DNA of 64,000 bases from the human T2T-CHM13v2.0 reference genome, Homo sapiens, in NCBI RefSeq assembly GCF_009914755.1, contig NC_060931.1. One strand, 5' to 3'. Positions 11,101 through 25,264 of the stretch are shown piece by piece (positions within the stretch are counted from its first letter, which is position 1; the number at the start of each line of letters is the position of its first letter). Both the position numbers and the translations under genes were made by a program. Under the pieces are notes generated by a model. The model did not search any database, had not been told where the DNA came from, and was given only the letters and a program-made list of their open reading frames with translations.

Positions 11101-12480
11101 GGCAGCTGATTGCGGTCGTGAGCTCGCGGAGCGGCGAGAGTTAAGAGGAGGTGTTCGCGGCGCCTTCGCCCTCCCCAGACACACACCCCCTTTCTCCTCG
11201 CCTCTTCTCGGAGGGTGGAAGAGACAAAAACGGGGGGTCAGTTCTCCAGTCCGCCGGCTGCCGGCACGCGGGGCGGCGCTCCGTCCGGCCCCCGAGGACC
11301 AGCGGCGTGGCGGCTGCGCTCGGACCCGGTCCGCCGGCCGGAGGAGCGCGCGGCGCCCGCGGTCGCGCCCGCACCGCAGGCCCCTTCAGAGAGTCCGGGG
11401 GCGGGCGCGGGTCCGGCGGCGGCGGCGGCCGCAGCCCCCGGCGGCGCGCAACCGCCCGTCGCCGCCCGCCGCTGCCCGGCCCCCGGCGCGCCGCCGGCTC
11501 CGGCTTTGTGCGGAGGGAGCGAGTTCGCGGCTTCGGCTCCCGGCGCCCTCAGTGGCCGCGCCGCCAGCGGACTGCTGCAGCGGCGTGAGCAGCGGGGGTC
11601 GCGGCTGCGGGAAACGCTCCGGAGCCCAGGAACATAGTCCCCGCTGGCTAGCGGCGGCAGCAGCAGCAGCGGGGCCCCTGCGCGCGGCGCCCACCGTCTC
11701 CTCCTCGCGCCGGGCTCGCGGTGTTGCAGGCGGCAGCCACGCAGACTGCTCTCTCATCCTTTTGTCCTTCAGTCAGAACGTGAATGTACTGCTGACGCAT
11801 ACTGTTCTGGGAGAAGATTAGCGTGATGCAGTGCTCTTATGTATTAGCGCCGCTCCCCCTCCGTCGCCTGCCTCGCGGGGTTAACGCCGGCGCCTTCCAG
11901 CGCCGCGCCGGCCGGCGCCGCGCAGCCCCGCGCCTCCGGCCGCCCGTCTTCCTCTTTCCTCCTTCCTTCCTCCTCTCTTCCTCTCTCCCCCTCCCCCCTC
12001 CCCCCTCCCCGGGCCGCTTCCTCCCCGCCCCCTCTAGACGAGCGGAGCGGGGCCAGGGCGAGCGGGCGAGCGAGCCGGAGTGAGCGTCAAGTGAGGGGCC
12101 GCGCGCAAGTCGCAGGCGTTCGCAGCTATTTTGGGCCGGTCGGAGGGAGCAGTTGGGTGGCCGCTGATAGGCTGGAGCGGCGCGGGGCTGCGGCGGGAGA
12201 GCCCGCGCCGGCCCCCGCCCTCCGGCCCGCACCCGGGGCCCCCTGGCTCTGAAGAGCGGGGCTCAGGGGCCCGGCGGCCCGCGGCGGGGCTGCTGCATTT
12301 GGCCTGCCTCTCGCCCGGCCCGCGTCATCCTCACCCCCGCTGACTGCTGACGGGGCGCGGACTCGCGTTCGGAGTTCGGAACTGCGTGGTGGGGACTCGG
12401 GGGACGGCGGCCGGGGCCACGAGGCTCCCAGGACCGAGAGCCCGGGCTTCGCTGCTGCACTGCCGCCAGCCCCTCCTTCG
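10770..12480. promoter_or_regulatory. LRRC4: CpG island / LRRC4 promoter region
   Basis: Very high GC and CpG density, GC boxes, (CGG)5 at 11414-11428, a GCG/GCA run at ~11651-11672 and a TGACG half-site at ~11793. Lies directly upstream of LRRC4 on the minus strand. Confidence 0.92.
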
Positions 12481-13599
12481 CTTTGCCTCACCCCTCCTGT
12501 GCTCTCACTGGGGCTTTAAATGAGGGTTTCCTTAATGAGGGTTGCGGGGGCGGGAAACAGTGGCAGGAATGACCAAGTGTGATGAGCTGGGGAATGGCAA
12601 CCTGGGACAGCACAGAGGCCGGCAGGAAGGATTGAGGTGAACTCCCGGAGCCCACGACACAGCCCGTTCATTCATGGAGCTGCAGCCGCGGCTTCTCAGT
12701 CTTCGCTGGCCGGAGTCGCCCCTTGCTCCCCGCTGCCCCCAGAGAACTGGGGGAAGGGAGGCGGGCGGCTGAGCCCCCTGCCCTGTGAGCTCGCCAGCCC
12801 TTCCTTGGCTAGGACTCTGAGAAGAACTGCGTAGCAGCCAGGGGTAGCGATTGGGAGTGGGGGTGGAATTCTTGCTCCTATTTCTGGTAGGAGACCCTAA
12901 GGCATTTGACAGACTAGTGTAGGAGAAGGGGACTAGGTCAGCTTTTTCCCACCCCCCTGAAAAAAGACTGCCCCTTTCTCTGCCGACTGTGGGTGAGGCA
13001 ATCTAGCTGAGCCCTGGGAAGCCGGTCCAGTAGAATATAGCATGGTTTAATATCCCTTCCCTTCAAGAGCTGCCTCCAGACTCCTCAACCCACCCCTCTC
13101 CCCGTGTGATTTCTGGCAGGCTCGCTTGATAAACCCTCATCACCTGCGCGTGGGCTGTTGCTTAAGAACGAGGAGGTCCCAGATTTCTCAGCTCTCTGGT
13201 TTCTACCACACCTATTTCTGAGTATTGTCTTTTGCCCAGTAACCTGAACCTCTTTAAATACGCCATGGAATACTTGAAGTCCTGGAAACGGTTCCTTTGT
13301 AGGCAAGTTGGAGTCCCCATTCTTTGCCAAGACCTTTCTGTTATCATTTGCTGTCAAATAATAACCTTGTTAGTTTCTGTTTATTGAACCCTTACTCTGT
13401 ATTCCACTGCAACCCTATTATTCATTTTATATGAGTCAAACGTTGCCTAGGGTCACTAGTAAGTGATAGTGGATTTGAGCCTCAGCACGTCTCAGATGTC
13501 AAGAAACTTGGGTGTGGAAGTGATTCCCCAAAGTATTCTCCTAGTGGGATGAGAACTCAGGTTTCATTCATCCACTTCAATAGTCATTTACTGGGATGC

Positions 13600-13800
13600 T
13601 TATCTACTATGTACTATCCACCATACCAAGAACTTATATCTGTTCTTGTTTAATCTTCATTTACCCAGTGAAAGTAATTGCCACACTTGTCTCCATTTCA
13701 CAGATGAAGGCACTTAGCTTAGGCAGGCAAATAACTTGCCCAAGGTCACACACTAGAAAGTAACAGAGCCAGCCTTTCCATCCAGCCTTCAAACCCTGAG
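13600..13800 (-). mobile_element. MIR
   Basis: ccatttcacagatga...aacttgcccaaggtcacac. Confidence 0.7.
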
Positions 13801-15883
13801 TCCGATGTTTTCATCACTAACAGGAATGCCCGCTGTGTCTACTCTTCATAGAGTAAATGGTGGAGGCAAGTGGAGGGGGGAGGAGAGAGAGACTGTAGGA
13901 AAGTTCAGTGAAGGATGTGTCAGAGAAGTAAGATGAAGGGTAGGAGACGGGCTGAGAAAATGAACTCTCATCAAGAAAAAGAATGAGGGAGACATGGAGG
14001 TAAGTCAAACCCTGATACTGGGGTTTAGTTCCATCTGGGCACTCAGACTTTCTGGTGAGAGGTTCTGCTCCTTTATAGCTGGCACCGACCTAGTAGAGTC
14101 ATCTATTGCCTGAGGAGACCCCTGGCCAGGGTCTGGATGGCAGCGATTAAGTATGACTATCCTTCCCTCCTCAGGCAACAGGGTCTCTGCCTGGGCTGGT
14201 CCTCTGCTACTGTAGGCAAGCTCAAACCCTGTCTGTTCAGCTCCAGGCTCCACAAATGAAAGCTGCTGCCCCGCACTATAAAGGTAGATGAAAGTGGGGG
14301 CCGAGTTGGGTCAGACCAGTACTTAGTAATGAGGTTGTCTCTCAGTAAGTATTTGTGACTGCCATCCATGAAGGTGACTATGCCCAAGCTCTGTCGAGCT
14401 CTACATCAGGCTGCTTTGCCCCCTGTAAGCCAGCTGGGCCAGGAAAGCACCACTGAACCTACTAACTGGACTACAGAGGAGGCTGTGGGGCCGTCGTTGC
14501 ACACAGCCCTTCTGAGCTGAAAGTGGGATTGCAGCCTCTCATTTTGGTAACCCAAGTACCATCTAGCTATGGCATCTTGCTCCTCACAGCCCGTGGCTCT
14601 GACTGCTTCTTGGATTTGGAATGGTGCCACCAAAGAATAAGAAGGAAAGAAGGCTACTTACACCCTAAGAGGAAGAGACAGTGGATTCAGATTGTTTTCA
14701 CTTGCAGTTTCACACAGGGAGACTGCTGTGATAACGCCAGAGAGAGCTAAAAAAGCCAGCAGTGATTGGGGAAGGCCTGTGTCAGCAGCCTGGTATTATA
14801 GAATGAGCCCTGTGCTAAGATTGGGATACCTGAGTTCTAGTCCCCTTTAGACATGTGACAAATCTTAAAATAGCTCTAAACATCAGTTTTTCCATTTATA
14901 AAATCAAGGAAATGGATTAGAAAGTTTCTTACCGCTCTCTTAGTCCATGATTCCTGTCCCATCTCAGATATGTAGCTCTGTGAAGGTTGATCCTTTGGAA
15001 TTGTAGCCAAGTCTTGGAAATGGGCCACAAAGTTAAGTGAGAATGCTTTCTTCATTTAATCTAGAGATCCACAGTGCTGGAGCAGAGCAAATCGGACTGT
15101 GTTTTCCCAGCTACTAAAAAGACACATAGATCACAGAATGTTAAACTAAAGTGGACCTTGGAGATTATCTGGATTTAACCTCTCACTTTACAGATGTCAC
15201 TGATGAAGCTCAGAGAGGCACAGTGACTTACCTAAAGCTACATGACTGATTAGTATCAGAGTCTGTCCTTTTTGACCTCAGTTCCTCTAAGTAACAATGT
15301 ATGGCTAATTGGCATTTAAACCTGGGCCTTGAAGATATTTCCAAATGCCTGTCTAATGTGGGCTTGTATGCCAGTGCAACTATACTTTGCTGGATTGGGA
15401 TAAAGAAGAGTCTTCAATAGCACCAGTCTGCACTTCCTAGTGACTTTGGGTCGCCAATAGAAAATGACAGAAATGGTCATCTAGAGGACCCAGGACTCTC
15501 CCACCCAGCCAGGATAATTGGGTTCCTTAGTAAAGCCCAAGGCTAGACCACTCCCTAACCTGATATGCATCCCTGAGGCATTATCCTGAGCAGCCACTAG
15601 ATGTCCATAATGCCTCATAGGGTGTTCCAGGAGTGAGCTGGGTATCGTTTTGCCACCAAATAGGCTTTGCGGACTCTTTTAAGGGTAGGTCCATCAGTGG
15701 CAGGAACAGAACAGGAGCAAAGACATAAAAGGAATTTGGGAAACTAGAAAGAAAAAAGTAGTATGGAAATTGCCCTCCACAAAGGGAAGGAAAGATATCA
15801 ATTGGTGAATCAGTAATAATAAAAAGTAGGAATGGTCTACATGGAAATAGTCACTGCCTTCTTTCCAAGGTAATGAACACATT

Positions 15884-15900
15884 TGTGTGTGTGTGTGTGT
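15884..15900. repeat. (TG)n microsatellite
   Basis: About 8 TG units. Confidence 0.9.
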
Positions 15901-16757
15901 CTTAGTTCCACCCACGTGTGCAAACACCTATCAGGGACAACTAGCCATGAATTTTCTGTTTAATAAGTAAAATCAGAATTGCAAAGGGAAGGTTATTTTT
16001 CTTGCCTGTGATCCCATAGTGAGGCTGGCTGTGCCATTACTACCCACAGTCATAAAGGGAATGGATTTTATTCCTGGAGCCTGATGATTCAAGGCAAGAC
16101 AGCTGTTTTAGAGTTACCCACTCTTCTGAGTGTGCTTTGAATCCACTGTTCTTTTCCCCCAAGGACTCAGCTCTTTAAGGAAGTCAGAAGGGAGTGGACA
16201 ATAAAGGATAAAAAAGCATTCTCCCTCCAGGTCCCATCAAGAGCAATTTTTAAAAACCTTGGCTAAGAAAAGACACAGTGCTTAGTACAAACGGTAAAGA
16301 GATAGAATGGAGAGGCCTTTCCCTCTCCTCTAAGACTAAGTTTCTAGGGCTTACAGTTTCTTTGTGGGCTGTCAGGCTCGAGTGATGGGGAAAACCTCCC
16401 AGCTAGCACTCTGCCTCCTCTTTTGGAATAGTTTGCATGTGGTCTAGCCACAGTCACTTACATGTTCAAATTGAAAAGAGAGGTTCAGCCAGGAGCCCTG
16501 AAAATGCACTTCTGCATGAAAATACACTGGCCCATTCCAGGCCCTTGTGGCTTTTCCTCTTTAATTGCCTGTGTATAGCAGTAATAATGGTTTTAATAGC
16601 AACATTTACTGCAGCGTTGATAGGTACTTGGTACTGTGTTAAGTTACACATATTTACTCCTCACAACAGCTCTGTGAGATGGGTACCATCAGATTTCCCC
16701 ATTTTGCAGATGAATTTAAGAAGTGTTCTCAGGATCACAGAACTGACTACTAATGAG

Positions 16758-17214
16758 TGACTAAATTTGTTTCTTGAGGCTGCCATAACAAATCACCACA
16801 TAGTTGGTGATTTAAAGCAGAAATATATTCTCTCACAGTTCTGGAGGCTAAAAGTTCAAAATCTGGCAGGGCTGCACTCCCTCCAGAGGCCGTAGGGGAG
16901 AATCATTCCTTGCCTCTTGCCCCTGCCAGCTTCTGGTGGCTGTCAGCCTTCCTTGACTTATAGCTGTATCACTTCAGTCTCTGCCTCCATGGCCACATTG
17001 CCTTCTCCTTTTCTGTCTGCCTCTCTCCTCTTTGTGACTTATAAGGACACCTGTCATTGGATTTAGGGCCTACCTGGATAATCCAGGATGATCTCCTTAT
17101 CTCAAGATCCTTAATTTAAATGGGTCTTTGCAGACATCATTTCAAATTCCCGTCACAGGGTTCTGGGAATGAGGATGTACCCCTATTTTTCTAGGGGCTC
17201 ATTCAGCCCATTAC
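16758..17214 (-). mobile_element. MaLR solo LTR (MLT1B/C-like) inserted into a MIR
   Basis: gctgccataacaaatcaccaca...ctcacagttctggaggc...cttataaggacacc...ggatttaggg...cagcccattaca. MIR sequence lies on both sides (~16585-16757 and ~17215-17260). Confidence 0.8.
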
Positions 17215-17959
17215 AGTGATAGAGCCAGGTTTCAGTCTCAGTACAGAGCCCAAACTCAACCACTGTGATGCTGTGATGTGCCATTTAACATGAAGGGGAA
17301 AGGGACAATGCATCTGACAACCAGCAGGTGACTCTTCCCTATACCTGTGCCTGTGAAGGGTAGGGGAGCCAAGCAGGAGCTGTGTGGCTGTTGGGTCTTC
17401 CCACTGGGAAGGGAGAGAGTCTCTCAATCAGGAAGCATCACATGAGCCAAGAGAAGGGGGCAGGCTGACAAGACACACTCAGGAAAAATCTGTCTCTTAT
17501 TTTCTGTTTCTGATTCCATTCTTAATGATTTTCTCACTTTCTCTTTACATTGTCTCTAGATTTTATCCCAAAGATATTGGAACACTTAAGCGTTTACCAG
17601 TAGTAACACCAAAAGTACCTCCTGGCATTGCCACCAAATTTGGCTCCACTGTATCTAAGTCTTAGAGATTTTGAGCTTCATGTTCATTGGAGATTAAGGG
17701 ATACCTCCAGATCAGGGCCAGCAGGTGCAGATGTGGAACTGAGAGCTATGAATAGAGTGGCTTTTCAGGTATCTGAAACATAAATGTGATCATTAATCCA
17801 TGCCTATGCTTACAATTAGCCTCTTCACAGACACACAGTGTATGCTTAAAATTATTCAGATTTTGGTTGGAGAAAACCCAAAACAATATTTTTTCCCAAA
17901 TGGACTAATACAAAATTTGCCACATAAGAGCACATGCGTGTCTGTGTATGTGGATGCTA

Positions 17960-18130
17960 GTGGGCATTATGGTGTACTGGTGGATGCAAAGCATCTCTGG
18001 AGTCAGACAGACCTGAGTTTAAACCCCAGTTCTGCCTCTTACATACCGCGTATATATAGGTTAGTTGTTTAAGCCCCAGATTCTTCACGTGTAAAGTGGG
18101 ATTAATAACTTATTTCATGCTATTGTTGAA
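17960..18130 (+). mobile_element. MIR
   Basis: ctctggagtcagacagacctgagtttaaaccccagttctgcc. Confidence 0.7.
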
Positions 18131-18364
18131 CTAGAAGCAAGTAAAGGAAATCACAATCTCAGCAAATAGTAATGGTCGTAGCATCTATTATTTTCTAATA
18201 CGGAAACCGGTATAGAAGAGGCTGTCTTGTTCAAAGTCAGTTACTGAGGGGATTCTTTTCTTCTGGATACCTGCTCTTGTTATTGCACCTAATTTATAAC
18301 TTTCAATTCTTCATTTAAGGTATGAGATGTTTTTCATTATTTGTTTTTAACAGTTACTGGGTTG

Positions 18365-18510
18365 GGTTTTTTTTTTTGAGGTAATTTTAGACTTATAGAC
18401 AGGTCAAAAATAGTACTGAGTTCCCATATGTGCTTCACCCAGCTTTCTCTTGTGTGAGTTAATATCTTACATAACCACAGAACATTTATTCAAAACTAAG
18501 AAATTAATCT
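18365..18510 (-). mobile_element. Old L1M 3'-end fragment
   Basis: Reverse complement reads ...gtactatttttg...taagtctaaaattacctcaaaaa, typical of L1M 3' ends. Confidence 0.65.
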
Positions 18511-18529
18511 ATTCAAGACATAGATTTTT

Positions 18530-19025
18530 ACACTTGCCCTCTACAGTCTCTTCTCCATAGCAACCAAAGTGATCTTTGTGACAGTAGATCAGATTATGTT
18601 ATTGATTTGCTTAAAATGCCCCAGTGTCTTCCTCTCATAGTTTGAATAACAACCATACTGCTTCCCATGGCCCACAGGCCCTAAGTCTTCATCCCTGCCT
18701 GCACCTCTGCCCTCAGGTTTTATCGTCTTCCTCCTCATTCCCTGCCCTTCAGCTACACTGAATTTCTTTTCCTGGAATACTCTTACATGGTTCTCCCCAT
18801 TAAGGCCTTTACTCTCCCCACAACCTAAAATGTTCCCCCATATCTTCAGGTGGTTGTCCTGTCCAGAGTAGCCCCACTCATCACAGTTATATCACTCAGC
18901 TTTATTTTTCTCATTTTATTTTCCATTATCTGAAATTGTCTTGTTTATGGGCTGTCTATTGTGCATCCCCACAAGAGCAGAGGCCCCTGCATCTTGTTTC
19001 CAATACTTAGACCTAGCAGTGAGTT
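18530..19025 (+). mobile_element. L2 fragment
   Basis: agtgatcttt...tcagattatg...gcttaaaatgcccc...catggccc matches L2 3' region motifs. Confidence 0.65.
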
Positions 19026-19944
19026 TATTATTTCAGAGGGATGAGGACTGTTTTTGATATCCCACGTGGGTAAGAGCTCAGGCCTTCCTAATTTTATCGA
19101 TAGCCCTAGCCCTACCCTGCTCTACTTACATTCTTTGAAGAAGCAGGTGAGAAATTACTAGCCTGATTTTTTTTTTTAATACTGGAAAAATGAAGGAGAA
19201 TCCTAGTGACCTTAAGGTGTCTCCAGTTCTCAATTTTTAGAATTCCTAGCCCCTTGCTGACAGATTTATGAAGGAGAGTTTTATGGAGGTATCATAAAGG
19301 CTCACGGGTTCTTGGCAGTTGTGAATATGTGAGGAGTGAGCATAGGTGCACAAATACACATTATCTGTGCTCATGTACACATAAGCCTGTCATTTTCAAA
19401 TTGGCTAAAGTGCATTTTCTCCAAAGGGAGTGGGGGCTGTTGAGCCTGAAATAGGGAACACCAGGACAGTAAGATCAAATGCTTTGAAAGTGGCTGTGCC
19501 AACGCTTTTTGCTAATTAAAGAATGTTAGGACAATCACCACTAGCAGCAGTAAAGGGCGCCCCATTACCTCGCTTTATGGAGAGCTGGGTAAATTTAAAG
19601 GCAGCTATAAATATCCCACTGAGTGCCAGAGCTATAGCACAGTCGGCGGGTACCTGCTGGGCAAGGAGAGGAGCCCAGAGCTTCTGGTCCCCTTTGTCTA
19701 GGGTTCTCATCTCTATTACCTGTCAGTCCCCAAATTTTGCTTGACCAAGGAAGAATTCCATCAACGAACCCTTAATTTAAAAACACTCAGGGAGACAGCA
19801 AACAGCTGTGTATTGAGTCTGCCTGGGAGCCCAGGCTACCTGGGTCCTTCTCCAGCTTTGTCAGTGACTTTCTTTTCCTTTTGCCTGGATGGAAGATATT
19901 TCTTCACGTTGTGATTTTGTTTCCTTGAAACACGGGGTGTGTCA

Positions 19945-20217
<273 letters not shown>

Positions 20218-20829
20218 TTAACTGAGCAACTCTGTGCTCCAGAGAAAATTTTAGCATCTGTAAAGTGGCAACAAAATGGGAACATACTTTTTATACTTAT
20301 CCTACGGAATTTCTGACTAAATTAAAGATTTTTACTCAGTTTGGAACTTTCTCCATGTTTTTAATCTATTCAATTTGGCTTGAAACCTATTATGTCCTTT
20401 TCTGGGTTTCTTCTTGTATCTCTTCCATGGCCTCCAAGCCGTTCTAATCCCTTGGTTTGTAGAGTGGTGCCACATTGGCGCTGCCTCCTCTCTACCAGCT
20501 TTCTTGATCTGTTGTTCATTTTCTTTAAACATCAGCATCTGTGGCCATCAAGCTGCCTTGCACAGTTTGCTAATTGTTTTCAATTGTATGCCTCCAGCTT
20601 GAGCTATGGTTAGGATTTTCCTGTTCTAGTAGTCCACTCAGTACTGGCCTAGTAACGTGAGTTCCTTGGCAAGTTCATTTGTCTCATCTAAGGAGTTCCA
20701 GGGAGGGAATTAAGGGACCCATGATGGAAATGTGGGCTTGAACTTTGTCTCTCTGTAGCTGGTACTCTTCATCCCACCCCTTCCCATCTTTGAGCAAAAG
20801 GACAAGCACTTTACCTTAAGAGCGGAGGG

Positions 20830-20978
20830 GGCCCCGGTGCAGGGGCTCCTGTCTATAATCCTAGCACTACAGGAGGTCGAGGATGCAGGATCGCTTAAGC
20901 CCAGGAGTTTGAGATTAGCCTGGGCAATATAATGAGACCCCCCATCTCTAAAATAATAATAATAACAATTTAAAAAAT
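20830..20978 (+). mobile_element. FLAM-type Alu left monomer
   Basis: aggatcgcttaagcccaggagtttgag...agcctgggcaatataatgagaccccc plus A-rich tail. Degenerate TSD taagag(c/gt)ggaggg. Confidence 0.8.
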
Positions 20979-22355
20979 AAGAGGTGGAGGGCAGCGCAGC
21001 ATTGGGAACACCGGGAAACCAGCCCAGCGCCCACACCACTGGCTATCCCATGAGTCATCAAACAACCAATGGGTGAATTGGCTAACATCCAGGTTCCTGG
21101 ATGCTGCGTTCCTTTTTTATTATGACTTGAGCTTCTTCAGGAGTTAGATCTATCAAGCCTCCAATCTGCTCTTGCTCCACGTTTTTAGAGGCAACTCTGT
21201 CTGCAAATGCTTCCAGTGGAAAATCACCTTTATATCTAGAGGAATTGGGGATAGGTGAACATGATCTAAACGTGCTAGAACTCTCAGCTCCTCTATCAGA
21301 TTTAGAAAGGATGAGAATGTCCCCAGTTTGTTGGTTGGCTAGTTGGTCTATTCATGTACATACTCTCTCACATTTACATACTGAGTTTCTCTGATACAGC
21401 TCTGAATTTGGCTAGAACTCACAGGTAGATTTGTTTGCTTATTTCTTTTTAACCACAGGTAACATGACCACCTTGAAACTTGTTCTGCCTCATCCCAACA
21501 CCACTCCAAGCCATGAATCCCCATCTTTCAATGTTTACCTCACTACCAGCCAAGAATGCTAAGCAGGGTGTTCTGGGGAACCTTTCATCTTGGTCTACTT
21601 TAAACTGTTTCTCTGATGAACACCAGACTGAAATGGCTCTGGTTCTGATGGGGGGTGCTAAATCCCCAGCCTTTGTGCAGCTACCAGCTGGGGATCTGAG
21701 GGGTCTCCTACCATGATGCCTAGACACTGGCAGCCTGGCTAGAAGAGCTCTCATTCTCTATCACTTTCTTGGTGACTAGGGCCAGTTTGTATGGCAGCCC
21801 AGTGAGGCTACTCGATTTGTATTCAGTGCACAAACCCTGAAAAAAAACCCTGCCAGCCAGCAACTCTGAAAGGATGCTTTGTGTGAGTGAGCAGTGTCTG
21901 AGATGGACAGGGACTCTCCTCCCTCCCCTGAAAACAGCCTCTCTGGCCCAGCAACTTATTGGTGCTTTGGATCTGGCACAGAGCTCCTGGGGATCCCTCC
22001 CCAAGAGGAGACCATCTTGGGATCCCAGATAACACTGAGCAACTTACGCCCTGTCCTTCCTGCCCTGGCTTCTGGCAGTCAGCCTCCATGAGCCAGTCAG
22101 CAGGATCCATTCAAGGTGGTGCCCGTGTATGCAAGAGAGACAGTAAGTGGAAAAGGGGGGAGATGAACATGAACAGACCAACCAGCCAACAAACTGGGGA
22201 TGTCGTCATTCTTCTCAGATCCTGCGAAGGCTGTAGCCTCTGCTCAGCACTGCTGCCCGTCCTGCCGGACTGGTCCTTCACTCTCTCCCCAAGCAAGAGC
22301 TGTGGTACCCTGAACCTGTTTGATTTCCTAACCCATTAAAGCTTTCTTTTGCACC

Positions 22356-23434
<1,079 letters not shown>

Positions 23435-24313
23435 TATCTTTATATATGTATTTATATATTGTGTATAAATACACAATATGTAAAGATACAATATTGTGTA
23501 TCTTTATATATGTATATATGTGTGTATATATATACACATATACACACACACACACACACACGTAATAAACGTTGCAACACTTAGAGTGTCTATTAAATAA
23601 GACAATGTAACCAAACAAATATTTTTCTTCCATTTTATTTTAGAAGCCTTTAGAAGAGGAATAGTGCGGAGAGAAGGGTTGTGGGCCTGAGAGAGGCTGT
23701 GTCTGGGGACAGAAGGTAGCAGAGTGGGAATAAAGATGTGGCCCCAGCCAAGGACTTTACCCAAGACTCATTGCTTTCACATCTGGGTATGTGGAGGAGA
23801 AGAAAACGCAACAAAATGTTTCCATTTGGCTGAACGAGAGTTTTCTCCAGACCCACCTCCTATCTAAAGTGTCCTGTCGCCACACTTGGGCCAATGGCAC
23901 TTGTGGTTTGTGTGTTATCACTTCTCCACTCGGTGTGGTCAAGGAGCTTTGCAGCCCTGACTTGTAGCACAGAAAGATTTATTCAGGCCGCATCCACAAA
24001 GGGACAGGCAGACTCCTAAAGAATCAGGCTTTGTAGGCAAATGCAGCCCTGCCTGATTTCCAGAGACCTTTGTCCCATGGGATAGGTAAGATGAGCAAAA
24101 AATCTGAAACCAGTGGCTTGAAAACTGTTTACCACAGAATTTCCTGTATGGGTCCCATACGTGTACAACACACTTATTTTGAAAATTTTTTCTTCCTTGC
24201 TCTTACCTTGCTGAAATCATTGTTTTTACAATAAAGAAAAAAATCAAAAAGTGTTTAAAATAAAAAAGGAGCTCATCTTCTTCCCCCCTCCCATCTCCCC
24301 CCCCACCCCCGCC

Positions 24314-24337
24314 ACACACACAGACACACACACACAC
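24314..24337. repeat. Interrupted (CA)n microsatellite after C-runs
   Basis: acacacacagacacacacacacac. Confidence 0.85.
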
Positions 24338-25264
24338 CTTTTATCCGTCTTCTCATTCCTACTCCTAAACAATTTAAGAGAATCTTCAAGTTTAAGCCAT
24401 TTTTGAAATGGTTTTGCTCTCATCCCTGGAGGTGTAACAGCCTTTTCCCATTCAGTACTTTATTTTTCCAGATAGTTCATATGGAGTAGAAGGAACATAC
24501 TATATCTGTTTCTGTACTGATGGATCGTGTTCAGTTGTGTACATTTATCTCTGAGGCCTGCTAATGCCATCTGAGTTTCTAAAATCCTTATTTTTGCAAA
24601 TCCATTTGTGTCCTGGGTTTAGCTCCTGATTTTAGGATTAGCACAGATTACAGGGTCTGTCTGATGCCTTCTCCAAGCTTTGTATCAGATTTATGGCTAT
24701 GAATTGAGAAGCTTGCACATAGATAGCGTGGAAACTAGAGGCAGATACGAGCTGATGGGAGAAAAAAGCAAAAGGAGCTCTTGTAAAGAATTGGAGTAGT
24801 TATCAGGCCAGATATTTGGATCAGAACCAGTTAAGAACCTGAAAACGCCAACTTTCTGTTTCTTGACTTCACAACTGTGCTGGGCTGCCTGTTCCCTCTT
24901 TTCCAGAACAGTTTTCCATGGACCCTGGCTGTGCCTCCTCCCCACCCCACCCAGTGGCTGCCCCCAGAATAGAGTTCTAAGCCATGCTCCAGCCCTCTGG
25001 GTGGCATCCTTTGCTAAGAGGGCTCTCTCCTGTCATCAGCAGTCCCTATGGCCTCCATCCTGTCAGTTCTTATTAGACAGCTCTTCTGCTCTACATCAAG
25101 GAGCCTGAGAGACTGGAATAAAGGACAGAGATGGGTTTGGGGCACAGAGCAACCCATGCCACTCCTACCCTGTGATGCAGAAATATTAGGGGGATTCAGC
25201 CACCTAATATTTTCTGGAAGTGGAAAAAGACATATGTAACTGTGGTAAAGACTCATGGGTCACT

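Noticed and set aside
11414-11428. (CGG)5 in the LRRC4 island as an expansion-type repeat
   Set aside because: Too short and ordinary for a CpG island; nothing indicates instability.
10769-11821. 350-aa + strand ORF with a good Kozak context (AAAATGG) across the CpG island
   Set aside because: Arg/Ala/Pro/Gly low complexity, no domain, and several overlapping frames are also open; expected from stop-codon scarcity in very GC-rich DNA. AAAATGGC also fits a YY1-like motif. Would need Ribo-seq or PhyloCSF support.
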